Below the pieces are notes generated by a model that saw only the letters and a program-made list of their open reading frames with translations, was not told the origin of the DNA and ran no database searches. Positions 34,832-43,168 of a stretch of 43,168 nucleotides of DNA are shown here, piece by piece. The DNA comes from Anaerolineales bacterium (lineage in GTDB: Bacteria; Chloroflexota; Anaerolineae; Anaerolineales; RBG-16-64-43), in assembly GCA_046260075.1 (NCBI GenBank), contig JBJYXS010000364.1:1-43168 (forward strand), read 5' to 3'. Both the position numbers and the translations under genes were made by a program. How positions within the stretch are numbered: position 1 is the first letter of the stretch; the number at the start of each line of letters is the position of its first letter.

Positions 34832-35196
34832 TGATATCCGCACATTCTCCATTCGCCGCCCTCTTTCAAGACCTTGTACGTGCGGTCGGCCAGGTCGATC
34901 TCCTGGATCTCGCCGTTGTAATCCAGCGTGGCTTTGCCCGTGCATTCGACCAGCTGGTATTCCCCTTCGGCGCCCGCCACCTGACAGGCGATGTTTTCCA
35001 GCGTGGCCGGATACATCGCAAACGTGTCGACGTCCGTGAGGGCGCCGGTTTCCCACGCCGCGCAGGAAACGGTCACGGCTTTGGTGGCGTCTTTATCCAC
35101 CAATGCGCGGAAATAGGCTTCCACGGCTTTCTCCGGGCCGGCGGATCCGCCGCAGGCAGCGAGGAGCAGGAGGATCAGCAGAATGGATTTTCTCAT
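34828..35196 (-). CDS. Small lipoprotein (NTF2/DUF4878-like), first gene of the cluster
   Basis: MRKSILLILLLLAACGG lipobox, followed by AVEAYFRALVDKD. 122 aa from ATG 35196; the track start at 35214 adds 6 residues. Confidence 0.6.
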   Translation of the reverse strand: MRKSILLILLLLAACGGSAGPEKAVEAYFRALVDKDATKAVTVSCAAWETGALTDVDTFAMYPATLENIACQVAGAEGEYQLVECTGKATLDYNGEIQEIDLADRTYKVLKEGGEWRMCGYQ

Positions 35197-35283
35197 TGTG
35201 TCTCTCTTCCACAAGGCCGGACGATCCGGCGGGATGAGATCGTTGACCGATCGGAATTATTGTAACATCCCCAAACACCGCAG

Positions 35284-36321
35284 TCAGACTTCTTCCAAGA
35301 TACGCGCCAACACATCCGCCAGCTCCTCCGGCTGGTCGAAGAATACGTCGTGGGCCGATTCTTCGAACCAGATCATCCGCTTTCCCTGCGGAGCATCCAG
35401 ACCTTCGTAATACGCGCGCGTCAGCTCCGCAGGGGCATTGTAATCGTAGCGCCCCGAGAGGAAGTACACCGGCACGTCGATCCGCGGCGCACTCTCGAAA
35501 AAATCCACTTCCATTAATTCCGGCCACAGCCGGCGCAACGAGTTTCCGCTGCCCAACGGCCACCAGGCGGCGTCGGCCAATGAGTATTCGGGGGCCTCGA
35601 GCAGCATCCGCAGTTCGTGCCTGTAACTCTTGGCCGTGCGGTATACGCCCCCGAAGGCCAGCAGCCAACGCCTTTGGGTCGTCAAATCGTCGTACCAGCT
35701 CCCGGCCCGGTAGGCCGGATCGATTCCGGCCAATTCCTCCGCGGCCTCCCGGTTGCCCGTCTCGAGCGCGATACGCCGGACATACTCCAACGACAGCTTC
35801 TCTCCTTCGGCGTAATCCACGATCTGGCCCACGCCGATGTAGCCGAGGAAATCCTCCGGACGGTCCTGGACGGTCCACAATCCCAAAACGGTTCCCCACG
35901 AAAATCCCATCAGATAGATCTTCCGGCCGCCGAACCTATCCCGCAGGTAAGCCACCAATTCCCGGGCGTCACTCCGCATCCGATCCAGGGTCAGGCCGGT
36001 ATCGCCCGCATTGAGGGTGTTGGTCTTTCCGGAGCCGCGCTGATCCCAACCCACCACCGTGAAATGATCCTCCAAGGCGGGGCATTGAATCCGCAGCTTG
36101 GCCAGGTTGGCGCTCCCCGGCCCGCCGTGCAGGAACAGCAGGACGGGATTCCCGGCGTTGCTTCCCCGGATAGAGATCCACTGCCGCAAGCCGCCCAGTT
36201 CCACCTGCGTCAGTTCGTTGATCGACGCCGGACCCGGATGGGCGAGCGGTGCGCGTCCGCAGCGGAAAGACAGCCCGCCCAGCACCGCCGCGGCAGCCAA
36301 CAGCAACAATCCGATCCACAT
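35284..36321 (-). CDS. Alpha/beta hydrolase (proline-iminopeptidase-like), signal- or TM-anchored
   Basis: ATG 36321 (MWIGLLLLAAAAVLGG) is preceded by GAAGGAGAA. HGGPG oxyanion motif and nucleophile elbow GFSWG. Confidence 0.8.
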   Translation of the reverse strand: MWIGLLLLAAAAVLGGLSFRCGRAPLAHPGPASINELTQVELGGLRQWISIRGSNAGNPVLLFLHGGPGSANLAKLRIQCPALEDHFTVVGWDQRGSGKTNTLNAGDTGLTLDRMRSDARELVAYLRDRFGGRKIYLMGFSWGTVLGLWTVQDRPEDFLGYIGVGQIVDYAEGEKLSLEYVRRIALETGNREAAEELAGIDPAYRAGSWYDDLTTQRRWLLAFGGVYRTAKSYRHELRMLLEAPEYSLADAAWWPLGSGNSLRRLWPELMEVDFFESAPRIDVPVYFLSGRYDYNAPAELTRAYYEGLDAPQGKRMIWFEESAHDVFFDQPEELADVLARILEEV

Positions 36322-36427
36322 CCTGTTTCTCCTTCGACCTTTCATACATGGATTCCAAAAAGAAACATCATCCGCTTAACTCTGCTTCGCATCCTCCCCG
36401 TACTCCCGGCGCCCGGCGTTTTTGGGG

Positions 36428-36456
36428 TTGACAAGCCGGCGCGATGTGATTATTAT
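36428..36456 (+). promoter_or_regulatory. Sigma70-like promoter of the PadR gene, with AT-rich direct repeats over and downstream of the -10
   Basis: TTGACA (36428-36433), 17-nt spacer, TATTAT (36451-36456). TATTATATGT (36451-36460) and TATTATATATGT (36465-36476) are direct repeats. ATGT occurs three times, at 36444, 36457 and 36473. Confidence 0.6.
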
Positions 36457-36499
36457 ATGTATAGTATTATATATGTCAAGTCCTATATTAGGAGAACTC

Positions 36500-37057
36500 A
36501 TGTCCCTCGAACATGCCATTCTGGGTTTTCTGAACTACCAGCCGTTTTCGGGATACGACCTCAAGAAGGTATTCGACACCACGGTCCGCCACTTCTGGCC
36601 GGCCGACCAGAGTCAGATCTACCGCACCCTGGGCCGGCTGGCCGAGCAAGGCTGCGTGAAGATGGAAAAGGTCGAGCAATCCAATCGGCCGGACCGCAAG
36701 GTCTACCACATCACCCCGGCCGGACGCCGGGAACTGGCACAATGGATGGCCGGCGCCCCACCGAAGGATCCGACCCGCAGCTCGGCGCTGGTGCAGGTTT
36801 TTTTCCTCGGCCGGCTGAGCGACGAGGAAATACTGGCCAAATTCGAAGGATATGCCGCAACGGTGCGCGGGATCATCGCTCTCTATGACGAACTGCCGGA
36901 AAAAATCGACGGGTATGCCCGGATCGTTGATTCTCCGCGCGAGGTGTTTTTCTGGCTGTCGACCCTGGATCTGGGCAAGCGCACCATGCGCGCCAATCTG
37001 GAGTGGGCCGAACACATTATTTCCCAGATTAAAAGCAAAAAAATTCCGCGCAAATAG
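36500..37057 (+). CDS. PadR-family transcriptional regulator
   Basis: MSLEHAILGFLNYQPFSGYDLKK...QIYRTLGRLAEQGCV...KVYHITPAGRREL is a winged-helix PadR N-domain, followed by a C-terminal helical domain. GGAG lies 5 nt upstream of the ATG. Confidence 0.9.
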   Translation: MSLEHAILGFLNYQPFSGYDLKKVFDTTVRHFWPADQSQIYRTLGRLAEQGCVKMEKVEQSNRPDRKVYHITPAGRRELAQWMAGAPPKDPTRSSALVQVFFLGRLSDEEILAKFEGYAATVRGIIALYDELPEKIDGYARIVDSPREVFFWLSTLDLGKRTMRANLEWAEHIISQIKSKKIPRK

Positions 37058-37097
37058 CGGCCGTACCCGCCGCTGATCCGCGTCAGGAGATATTTCC

Positions 37098-38701
37098 ATG
37101 GTTGCAAATCTAAAAAAACGCATTCCGGTGATACTGATCACCTGCCTGATCCTGATGGTTTCCGCAACGGCGGTCATGCTGTGGCTCTCCCGGGGATCGG
37201 GACCGGTGACGGTTCCCCCGGGTTCGCAAGCGGGCGATCTCTTCCTCCATCCCTGTCCGATCAAGTTGGACGGCGTCGAATACGCGGCCGATTGCGGAAC
37301 GCTGGTCGTGCCCGAGGTGCGCAGCGATCCGGATTCCCGCCTGATCGCCCTGCCCGTGCGGCGGATCCATTCGCCTGCTCCGGATCCCGCCGAACCGGTT
37401 TTCTTCCTTGACGGCGGACCCGGGGCGAGCAATATGGCCAAGACGCCGGAGACCTGGCTGCTGGAAAACCACGACTTCGTCAATGTGGGGTATCGCGGCG
37501 TGGACGGGACCCCGCGGCTGGATTGCCTAGTATTTTCCGACGCGGTGCATGGAAAGGGCGGCGATCTGCTCAGCCCCGTCTCGCTGGATTCGATCGGCGA
37601 AGCAGCCGCGGCCTGCGCAGAAGGCTTGCAGGCTGCGGGCTTCGACCTGGCGGGATACTCCATTCCGGAGGTGATCGAGGATATGGAGGCGGCCCGCGCC
37701 GGATTCGGATATGAACGGATCCACCTGCTCAGCGAAAGCTACGGAACGCGCGTCGCCCAAGTTTATTCGTATTGCATCCGGAAAGCCTGTTGCGCAGTGC
37801 GATGATCGGCGTCAACCCGCCCGGACACTTCCTCTGGCTGCCCCAGGATGTCGACGAACAAGTGGAGTACTACGCCGGCCTGTGCCGCAAGGATGCCGAC
37901 TGCGCCGCCCGCCTGCCCGACCTGGCCGGAACGATGCGGAAGGTCAACCAAAACATGCCCCGGAGCTGGCTGGGGGTGCCGATCGATCCCGGCAAGGTCC
38001 GTCTGATCGCCTTCGTCCTGCTTTACCACCGCACCACCGCGCCGATGGTCTTCGACGCCTATGCCGCCGCGGAAAACGGCGACGCCAGCGGCTTGGCTCT
38101 GATGTCGCTGTCGTACGATTTCATCGTGCCCAACATGATGGTCTGGGGCGAGTTCCTGGCTATCGGCTACAGCGCCGATTCCGAACCCGGCCGTGATTAC
38201 CGCGCCGACCTCTCCGCTCCGGATTCGATCCTCGGATCGCCGATGGCCGAACTCATCTGGGGTTCGGCGGCGGACTACTGGCCGCCGATCGTCGCGGACG
38301 GGGAAACCCGCGCAATCCGCCCGACCGGCGTCGAAACCCTGCTCATCAGCGGCAGCATCGACTTCTCCACCCCGGCCCGCTTCGCCGAGCGGGAGCTGCT
38401 GCCCGCGCTGGAAAACGGCCGGCATGTGATCATCGCCGAACAGGGACACACGGAGGATTTCTGGAGTTACCAGTCCGCCGCAGCGGAACGACTCCTGACA
38501 AGCTTCTACGACACCGGAACAGCCGATGATTCCCTGTACGAATACCTGCCGATGGATTTTCATCCACCGGTCAGCTTCCCGCAGTTGGCGAAAATCGCCT
38601 GCGGCGCCGTCTTGCTGCTGCTGCTCGGATTGGGGTTGGCGGCGTGGGGGATCGTCCGAGCATTTCGCCGCCGTTGGAGACCTACGGAACGGGGAGGATG
38701 A
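37098..38701 (+). pseudogene. Alpha/beta hydrolase (N- and C-terminal TM anchors) split by a frameshift near 37770-37775
   Basis: ORF 37098-37805 carries the oxyanion LDGGPGAS and the nucleophile elbow SESYG. ORF 37772-38701, in the other frame, carries the Asp (ISGSIDFSTP) and His (EQGHTEDF) regions. Adding one T to the short T-run in TATTCGTATTGCAT would give ...VAQVYSYLHPESLLRS... as a single ~535-aa ORF. Confidence 0.7.
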
Positions 38702-40802
38702 CGGTGAAACGGGTACCGTGTCCGATTTCGCTGTCGGCCAGGATCTGACCATTGTGCTGTTTGATGATCTGATGGCAGACCGACAGGCCGAGTCCGGTGC
38801 CCTGGCCGGGCAGTTTGGTGGTGAAGAACGGCTCGAAGATCCGCGGCAGGTTTTCCGCGGAAATCCCCTTGCCGGTATCTTCGAAAACCACCAACACCTC
38901 GCGTTCGCGGCGGCGCGTGGAAATCCGGATTTCCCCCGGCAGCCCCTCCAGCGCATCGAAGGCGTTCAGAATCAGGTTCAGCCACACGCCCTGCAGGTGG
39001 TCGCCGCTGGCCATAACGCGCGGAAGATCCGGATCCGGATCGAAGGCCACGGCGATTGATCGCGACATCACCTCATGTTGCACCAGTTCCAGCGTCTTAC
39101 GGACGGTCTCATTGATGTCGGTGCGGTCGAACCGGTACTGCTCCTTGCGGGCGAAATCCAGAAGGTTGCGCACCACCTGGGCGGCGCGGCTGCCTGCCGT
39201 CAGGATCAGATCGACCGACTCCTGCCATTCGCTGTCAGGCGGGATCGAACGCTGCATCAATTGGGCGTTGGCGATGACCGCGGTGAGCGGGTTGTTGATT
39301 TCGTGCGCCACCCCCGCGGCCAGTTGGCCCACCGCAGCCAGTTTTTCGGATTGGGCCAGATTCGCCTCGAGGTGCCGCCGCTCGGTCACATCCTCTTCGA
39401 ACAGGATCACCTGATCCACCTGCCCGATCGCGTCGAGAATCGGATAGGTGCCGATCTCCCATTCATTCGTCCCGGCGTCGGTGTCCGTCCGCCGCACCGC
39501 GCGCGTGGTGCTGTGTCCGGTTTGGAACGTTTCCGCCACCAGACACTCCGGGCAGGGGCTGATCCGGCCGAACAGCGCTTCGTAGCAGCACCGTCCCACC
39601 AGCAGCCGCGGACGGGATTGGGCACGCTGGGCCCGGCTGCGGTTGATCGCCCGCAAGGCATAGGCTCGGTCCACGATGTATAACGAGGCGGGGATGTTGT
39701 CGAACAGCGCCCGCAGCGTATTGCGGGAATTCAGCAGCTCCTCGCGGTTGACCTTCAGATCCAGGTTGACTACCTTCATCTGCTGAATCAGGCGCTTGTT
39801 GTACATCGCATCGGCCATCGATGTGGCCAGCAGACAGATCAGCTCCTGGTCGTACGGGGTGAAGGACCCGCCGTGCTTGTTGAACATGTCGAGCAGGCCG
39901 ATCGGCATATCGCCCGAACGAAGCGGAGCGCACAAGTAGGACCGCGGCCTTCTTCCGAGAACTTTATCCGCCTCCGTCACGACCGATGGCGGATCCACCG
40001 CCGGATCCGCCGGATCGCTCCAGCGGACGGGCCGGGGATCCTGCAGGCACTCCGACACCGGGCTGCCTTCCAGCCGCAGGGTCTCCTTGCGGAGCCAATC
40101 CTGGGAGTCGCCGAGGATTTTCCGCTCGAAGACCTCCCCCTCTTTGCCGACAAGGACCAGACAGGCGAACTCGCAATCCATGATTTGGCGGACTCCGGCG
40201 ACCATCGCTTTCTGAATGTCATCCAATTCAAGGTCGGAGGAGAGGATGGAGGCGATCATGTGCAGCGAGGCCAGCTCTTTATCGGCCGCATGCAGCGATT
40301 CCGTTGAGCGGGATATCCGCAAGGTTCTTCCCGCCACACGCGCCAGTTCCAGCAGCCGGTCGTATGCGGCGGGGGAAAAGGGATCCCCGGCGACGAGCAG
40401 CACACCTTGCCGGGAAGAGCGGGCGATGAGCGGGATGGCCGCAGCCAACTCCAGTTTGGGATCGGGGGGATCTTCTTCACCGGTTTGCTGTACGCGCCGG
40501 ACGACGTTCCGCAGGGGATGGGCCGGATCATCCCGGATGCGGTCCCAGGCCGCGGGAATGTTCCGCACGGCAATATGCACCGGTTGCTTTTCTTCGCTCC
40601 CTTGAACGATGATGGCGCCGCCCGGGCGGCGGACGGCCTGCAAGACGAAATCCAGGGCTTCCAGCGCCGCGGCGGGGAGTCCCTCCAATTCCGCTTTCAC
40701 GGGCTTCCGCCGGCGAAGGACTTTCCGCCGTCTGGAATCGCCCGCGCCCGTCCGGCGCTCGACGGACGGGCCGGACCGGGTTTCCTTTTTTTTGGGACAC
40801 AT
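38682..40802 (-). CDS. Sensor histidine kinase (GAF-GAF-PAS-HisKA-HATPase_c) with a four-Cys motif in the PAS region
   Basis: H-box [12 protein letters not shown]-box [12 protein letters not shown]1 EDTGKGI, G2 GTGLGLSV. The start is uncertain because there is no SD before ATG 40802. Its 3' end overlaps the convergent hydrolase ORF by 20 nt. Confidence 0.9.
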   Translation of the reverse strand: MCPKKKETRSGPSVERRTGAGDSRRRKVLRRRKPVKAELEGLPAAALEALDFVLQAVRRPGGAIIVQGSEEKQPVHIAVRNIPAAWDRIRDDPAHPLRNVVRRVQQTGEEDPPDPKLELAAAIPLIARSSRQGVLLVAGDPFSPAAYDRLLELARVAGRTLRISRSTESLHAADKELASLHMIASILSSDLELDDIQKAMVAGVRQIMDCEFACLVLVGKEGEVFERKILGDSQDWLRKETLRLEGSPVSECLQDPRPVRWSDPADPAVDPPSVVTEADKVLGRRPRSYLCAPLRSGDMPIGLLDMFNKHGGSFTPYDQELICLLATSMADAMYNKRLIQQMKVVNLDLKVNREELLNSRNTLRALFDNIPASLYIVDRAYALRAINRSRAQRAQSRPRLLVGRCCYEALFGRISPCPECLVAETFQTGHSTTRAVRRTDTDAGTNEWEIGTYPILDAIGQVDQVILFEEDVTERRHLEANLAQSEKLAAVGQLAAGVAHEINNPLTAVIANAQLMQRSIPPDSEWQESVDLILTAGSRAAQVVRNLLDFARKEQYRFDRTDINETVRKTLELVQHEVMSRSIAVAFDPDPDLPRVMASGDHLQGVWLNLILNAFDALEGLPGEIRISTRRREREVLVVFEDTGKGISAENLPRIFEPFFTTKLPGQGTGLGLSVCHQIIKQHNGQILADSEIGHGTRFTVILPVP

Positions 40803-40812
40803 GAGTGAACGC

Positions 40813-41532
40813 CTATTCGGGTTCCGCGGTTACCGTATATCCGTATCCGGGAACCGTCCGGATGAATGTCGGCGTGCGCGGATCGAGCTCCACCAACTCA
40901 CGCAAGTTCTTCACATGCACACGGACCAAATCCGGGGATCCGGTATCGGTCGGGTAATCCCAGACTTCATTCAGTAACCGCATGGGGGAGTAGATTTGGC
41001 CGGGGTGACTCATTAAATGGTAGAGCAGGTCGTACTGTACCGGTGTCAGGCGGACTTTACCACGGTGAGGGGTCTGCAGTTCGAACGTCGACGTGTCCAA
41101 CGAATATTCTCCGACCTGCATGGCGCTTTCCGGCTGTGGAGAGGCCGCCGTCTGCCGCCGGGTTCGCCGCAGGATGGCGCGGACCCGCAGAATCAGTTCG
41201 TCGATGTTGAAGGGTTTGCAGAGGTAATCGTCCGCGCCGGCATTGAACCCGGTGATCTTATCTTCATCCTTGACCTTCGCGGTGAGAAAGAGAACCGGGA
41301 TGGGCATCAGCACCGGATCGGCGCGGATTTCACGGCAGACCGCAAAGCCGTCCATGCCCGGCATGATGACATCCAAGATGATCAGGTCCGGCCGGTGTCG
41401 GCGGGCGGCCTTCAGCCCCTCCACTCCGCTGGAAGCCAAGTCCACCCGGAATTCCTCGCCCCGAAGGCTGCGTTCGATCGTCCGGGCGACAATGTCATCG
41501 TCCTCAATGACCAGTATGTTCGCCAGATCCAT
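40813..41532 (-). CDS. OmpR-family response regulator (REC plus winged-helix)
   Basis: MDLANILVIEDDD..., DLIILDVIMPGMDG, LTAKV, then the C-terminal LTPVQYDLLYHLM...TVPGYGY. The start at 41532 overlaps the upstream kinase by 29 nt. The track start at 41733 is improbable. Confidence 0.95.
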   Translation of the reverse strand: MDLANILVIEDDDIVARTIERSLRGEEFRVDLASSGVEGLKAARRHRPDLIILDVIMPGMDGFAVCREIRADPVLMPIPVLFLTAKVKDEDKITGFNAGADDYLCKPFNIDELILRVRAILRRTRRQTAASPQPESAMQVGEYSLDTSTFELQTPHRGKVRLTPVQYDLLYHLMSHPGQIYSPMRLLNEVWDYPTDTGSPDLVRVHVKNLRELVELDPRTPTFIRTVPGYGYTVTAEPE

Positions 41533-43153
41533 TGCCGACCTCCGTGGGAAGCACCACTTCGACGATTGTACCAAAATCCGGCGAACTGGTTGCACGTATC
41601 TGTCCGCTGTGTTGCCGGACGATCTCTCGACAAATGCTGTACTCCATCCCGTTCCCGCGCCCCGCCACGGCGCCTGCGAAATGCGGTTCGAACAGCGATT
41701 CCAGTTCGTGCGCGGGAATCGCACGGCCGTCATCCCCCACCTCCACCCTCACCGCGTTCGATCCGCCGGAACTGGAGCGGACGAAAATCCTATGCGGCTT
41801 CCCGTCAGATACGGCGTCGCGCGCCAGGAGCAACAGGTTGACCCACAGGTCTTCCAGACGCACGGGATAACCCTTCACATCCGGCAGATCCTCCGCGAAC
41901 TCCGTCTCTAAACCTCCTCCGCCGGCTTGAATCGGCGCGCCGACCATGCGCACCGCCTTGCGGATGGTCTCGTTCACCGAAAGGACCTGCATTTCTTCGG
42001 GACTGGCCCGCGAAAATTCCAGCAGATCCTGGACGGCCTGTTGGGCCTTCCAACCGGCCTGCTCGATGATCGCCGCGCTCTCCCGCCCCGGCGATCCCGC
42101 CTTCTGCGTTCGGCCGAGGATCTGGCTTTCCGCGATGATGGCGGTTAGCGGGTTGTTGATCTGGTGGGCGACTCCCGACGCCAGTTCGCCAAGCGCCGCC
42201 AGGCGCGCCGATTCCACCAGGCTCGCCTGCGCAGCCTGAATCTGCTCTTCGGCCTGTTTCCGCATGGTGATGTCCCGGGTAACGTCGATGAATCCCAGGG
42301 ATAATCCGCCGGTGAATTCATCATGCAATTCCGTAATCCGCGATCCGATCCACACCGTCTCCCCCCGGTTGGTGCGCGCCCGGCGTTCCACCTCTGCCGG
42401 AGCGCTGGCGCCCGCCGACACCGGCACCGGGGGCGGATCGAACAGCCCGGCGTAGATGTCGTTCACCGGTTTCCCGATCATTTGTGCGGCAGGCCAACCG
42501 TACAACTGCTCCGCCGCCGGATTCCAGTAAGTAATGCGGCCGTCCGTGTCCCAGACCACCACCGCATCCCGGACGTTGTCCAGAAGCAGGGCTTGGTAGC
42601 GGATCTTTTCCAGCGACCGGATCCGTTCGATGTGATAGGCGTAATTGCGGACCGCCTTGCTGATGAGCACCGGCAGTTCGAACACCGTCTCCGGGCTCTT
42701 CACCAGGTAATCGGTGGCGCCCTGCTGGATCGCCTGGGCGGCCACCCGTTCATCGCCCCGTCCGGTGACGATGATCACCGGGATTTGCCGTTCTTCTTCC
42801 GCCATCCGGCGCAGCGCGTCGAGCCCCGTCCCGTCCGGAAAGCTGTAGTCGAGCAACAACGCGTCAAACCGCTGCTGATCGAGCAGCGCCCACATTTCCT
42901 TTAGGTTGGCCGCCCGTTCCAGGGAATAATTCTCGGCGAATCCCAAAACATCCTTCACCAGCGAGGAATAGTTGATATCATCGTCAACCAATAGAACGCG
43001 GCATTTCGCCTTCCGGACGTCCAGTCCGTTGTTCGCGTCGCCGCAGTCCGGTGCCCGATCCGCGGCATCCGGATCTACAGCCGGACGACTCACAGTAGTA
43101 TTCATGCCATCACCTGTTTTCCATTTTCCTCCGACGTAGACGACGATGGACAT
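41504..43153 (-). CDS. Hybrid REC-PAS-HisKA-HATPase_c histidine kinase with a degenerate ATP-lid G2 box
   Basis: N-terminal receiver (RVLLVDDD..., LLLDYSFPDGTG, IIVTGRGD, DYLVKS), PAS (VVVWDTDGRITYWNPAAEQLYGW) and H-box SGVAHQINNPL. The G2 region reads AGRGNGMEYSICR instead of GxGLGL. ATG 43105 is an alternative start. Confidence 0.85.
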   Translation of the reverse strand: MSIVVYVGGKWKTGDGMNTTVSRPAVDPDAADRAPDCGDANNGLDVRKAKCRVLLVDDDINYSSLVKDVLGFAENYSLERAANLKEMWALLDQQRFDALLLDYSFPDGTGLDALRRMAEEERQIPVIIVTGRGDERVAAQAIQQGATDYLVKSPETVFELPVLISKAVRNYAYHIERIRSLEKIRYQALLLDNVRDAVVVWDTDGRITYWNPAAEQLYGWPAAQMIGKPVNDIYAGLFDPPPVPVSAGASAPAEVERRARTNRGETVWIGSRITELHDEFTGGLSLGFIDVTRDITMRKQAEEQIQAAQASLVESARLAALGELASGVAHQINNPLTAIIAESQILGRTQKAGSPGRESAAIIEQAGWKAQQAVQDLLEFSRASPEEMQVLSVNETIRKAVRMVGAPIQAGGGGLETEFAEDLPDVKGYPVRLEDLWVNLLLLARDAVSDGKPHRIFVRSSSGGSNAVRVEVGDDGRAIPAHELESLFEPHFAGAVAGRGNGMEYSICREIVRQHSGQIRATSSPDFGTIVEVVLPTEVGNGSGEHTGH

Positions 43154-43168
43154 CGGCAGCGACCAAAA

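Noticed and set aside
37765-37780. Programmed ribosomal frameshifting in the split hydrolase.
   Set aside because: There is no slippery heptamer or downstream pseudoknot-like structure. A 1-nt indel in a short T-run explains the split more simply.
36488-38956. A 391-aa and a 397-aa minus-strand ORF opposite the PadR and hydrolase genes.
   Set aside because: They are antisense shadows. The plus-strand frames carry PadR winged-helix and alpha/beta-hydrolase motifs.

Overview
GC-rich bacterial chromosomal window, roughly 60-65% GC by eye (not computed). It is densely coded, mostly on the minus strand. No taxonomic marker is present; the gene content looks like a saccharolytic, non-Firmicute bacterium, possibly Chloroflexota-like, but that is a guess.

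Gene order, left to right:
- A multi-GAF sensor, partial and absent from the supplied ORF track, translationally coupled to rpe.
- A eukaryote-type hexokinase.
- An orphan GAF-PAS histidine kinase.
- A CpXC zinc-ribbon protein.
- A LacI-controlled sugar-uptake locus: LacI, solute-binding protein (SBP), two permeases and a secreted clan GH-A glycosidase, plus a second SBP.
- An acuC-like deacetylase, an OFA-type MFS transporter and acetyl-CoA synthetase.
- A GH94 phosphorylase.
- A DUF1846/UPF0371 protein.
- A tRNA-Phe/Gly/Cys operon, followed by a near-perfect partial duplication of tRNA-Cys and its downstream element.
- corA, convergent with a transmembrane-less PRC/MgtE_N/CBS protein that has a promoter-plus-terminator leader.
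- A seven-gene dlt-like envelope-acylation operon.
- Two alpha/beta hydrolases (one frameshifted) flanking a PadR regulator.
- A three-gene two-component cluster.

The best candidate for a new system is the minus-strand operon at 29155-35196. It encodes a lipoprotein, a 44-aa transmembrane microprotein ending in WIYQGF (hidden inside a spurious longer ORF in the track), an MBOAT, a DltD-like SGNH protein, an SGNH-like lipoprotein with GDC in place of GDS, an ACP, and a FAAL-type adenylase. This follows the logic of Firmicute dltXABCD, but with a different adenylase class, extra extracytoplasmic components, and unknown cargo and acceptor.

All calls come from reading the sequence and ORF translations. 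No database search was run.
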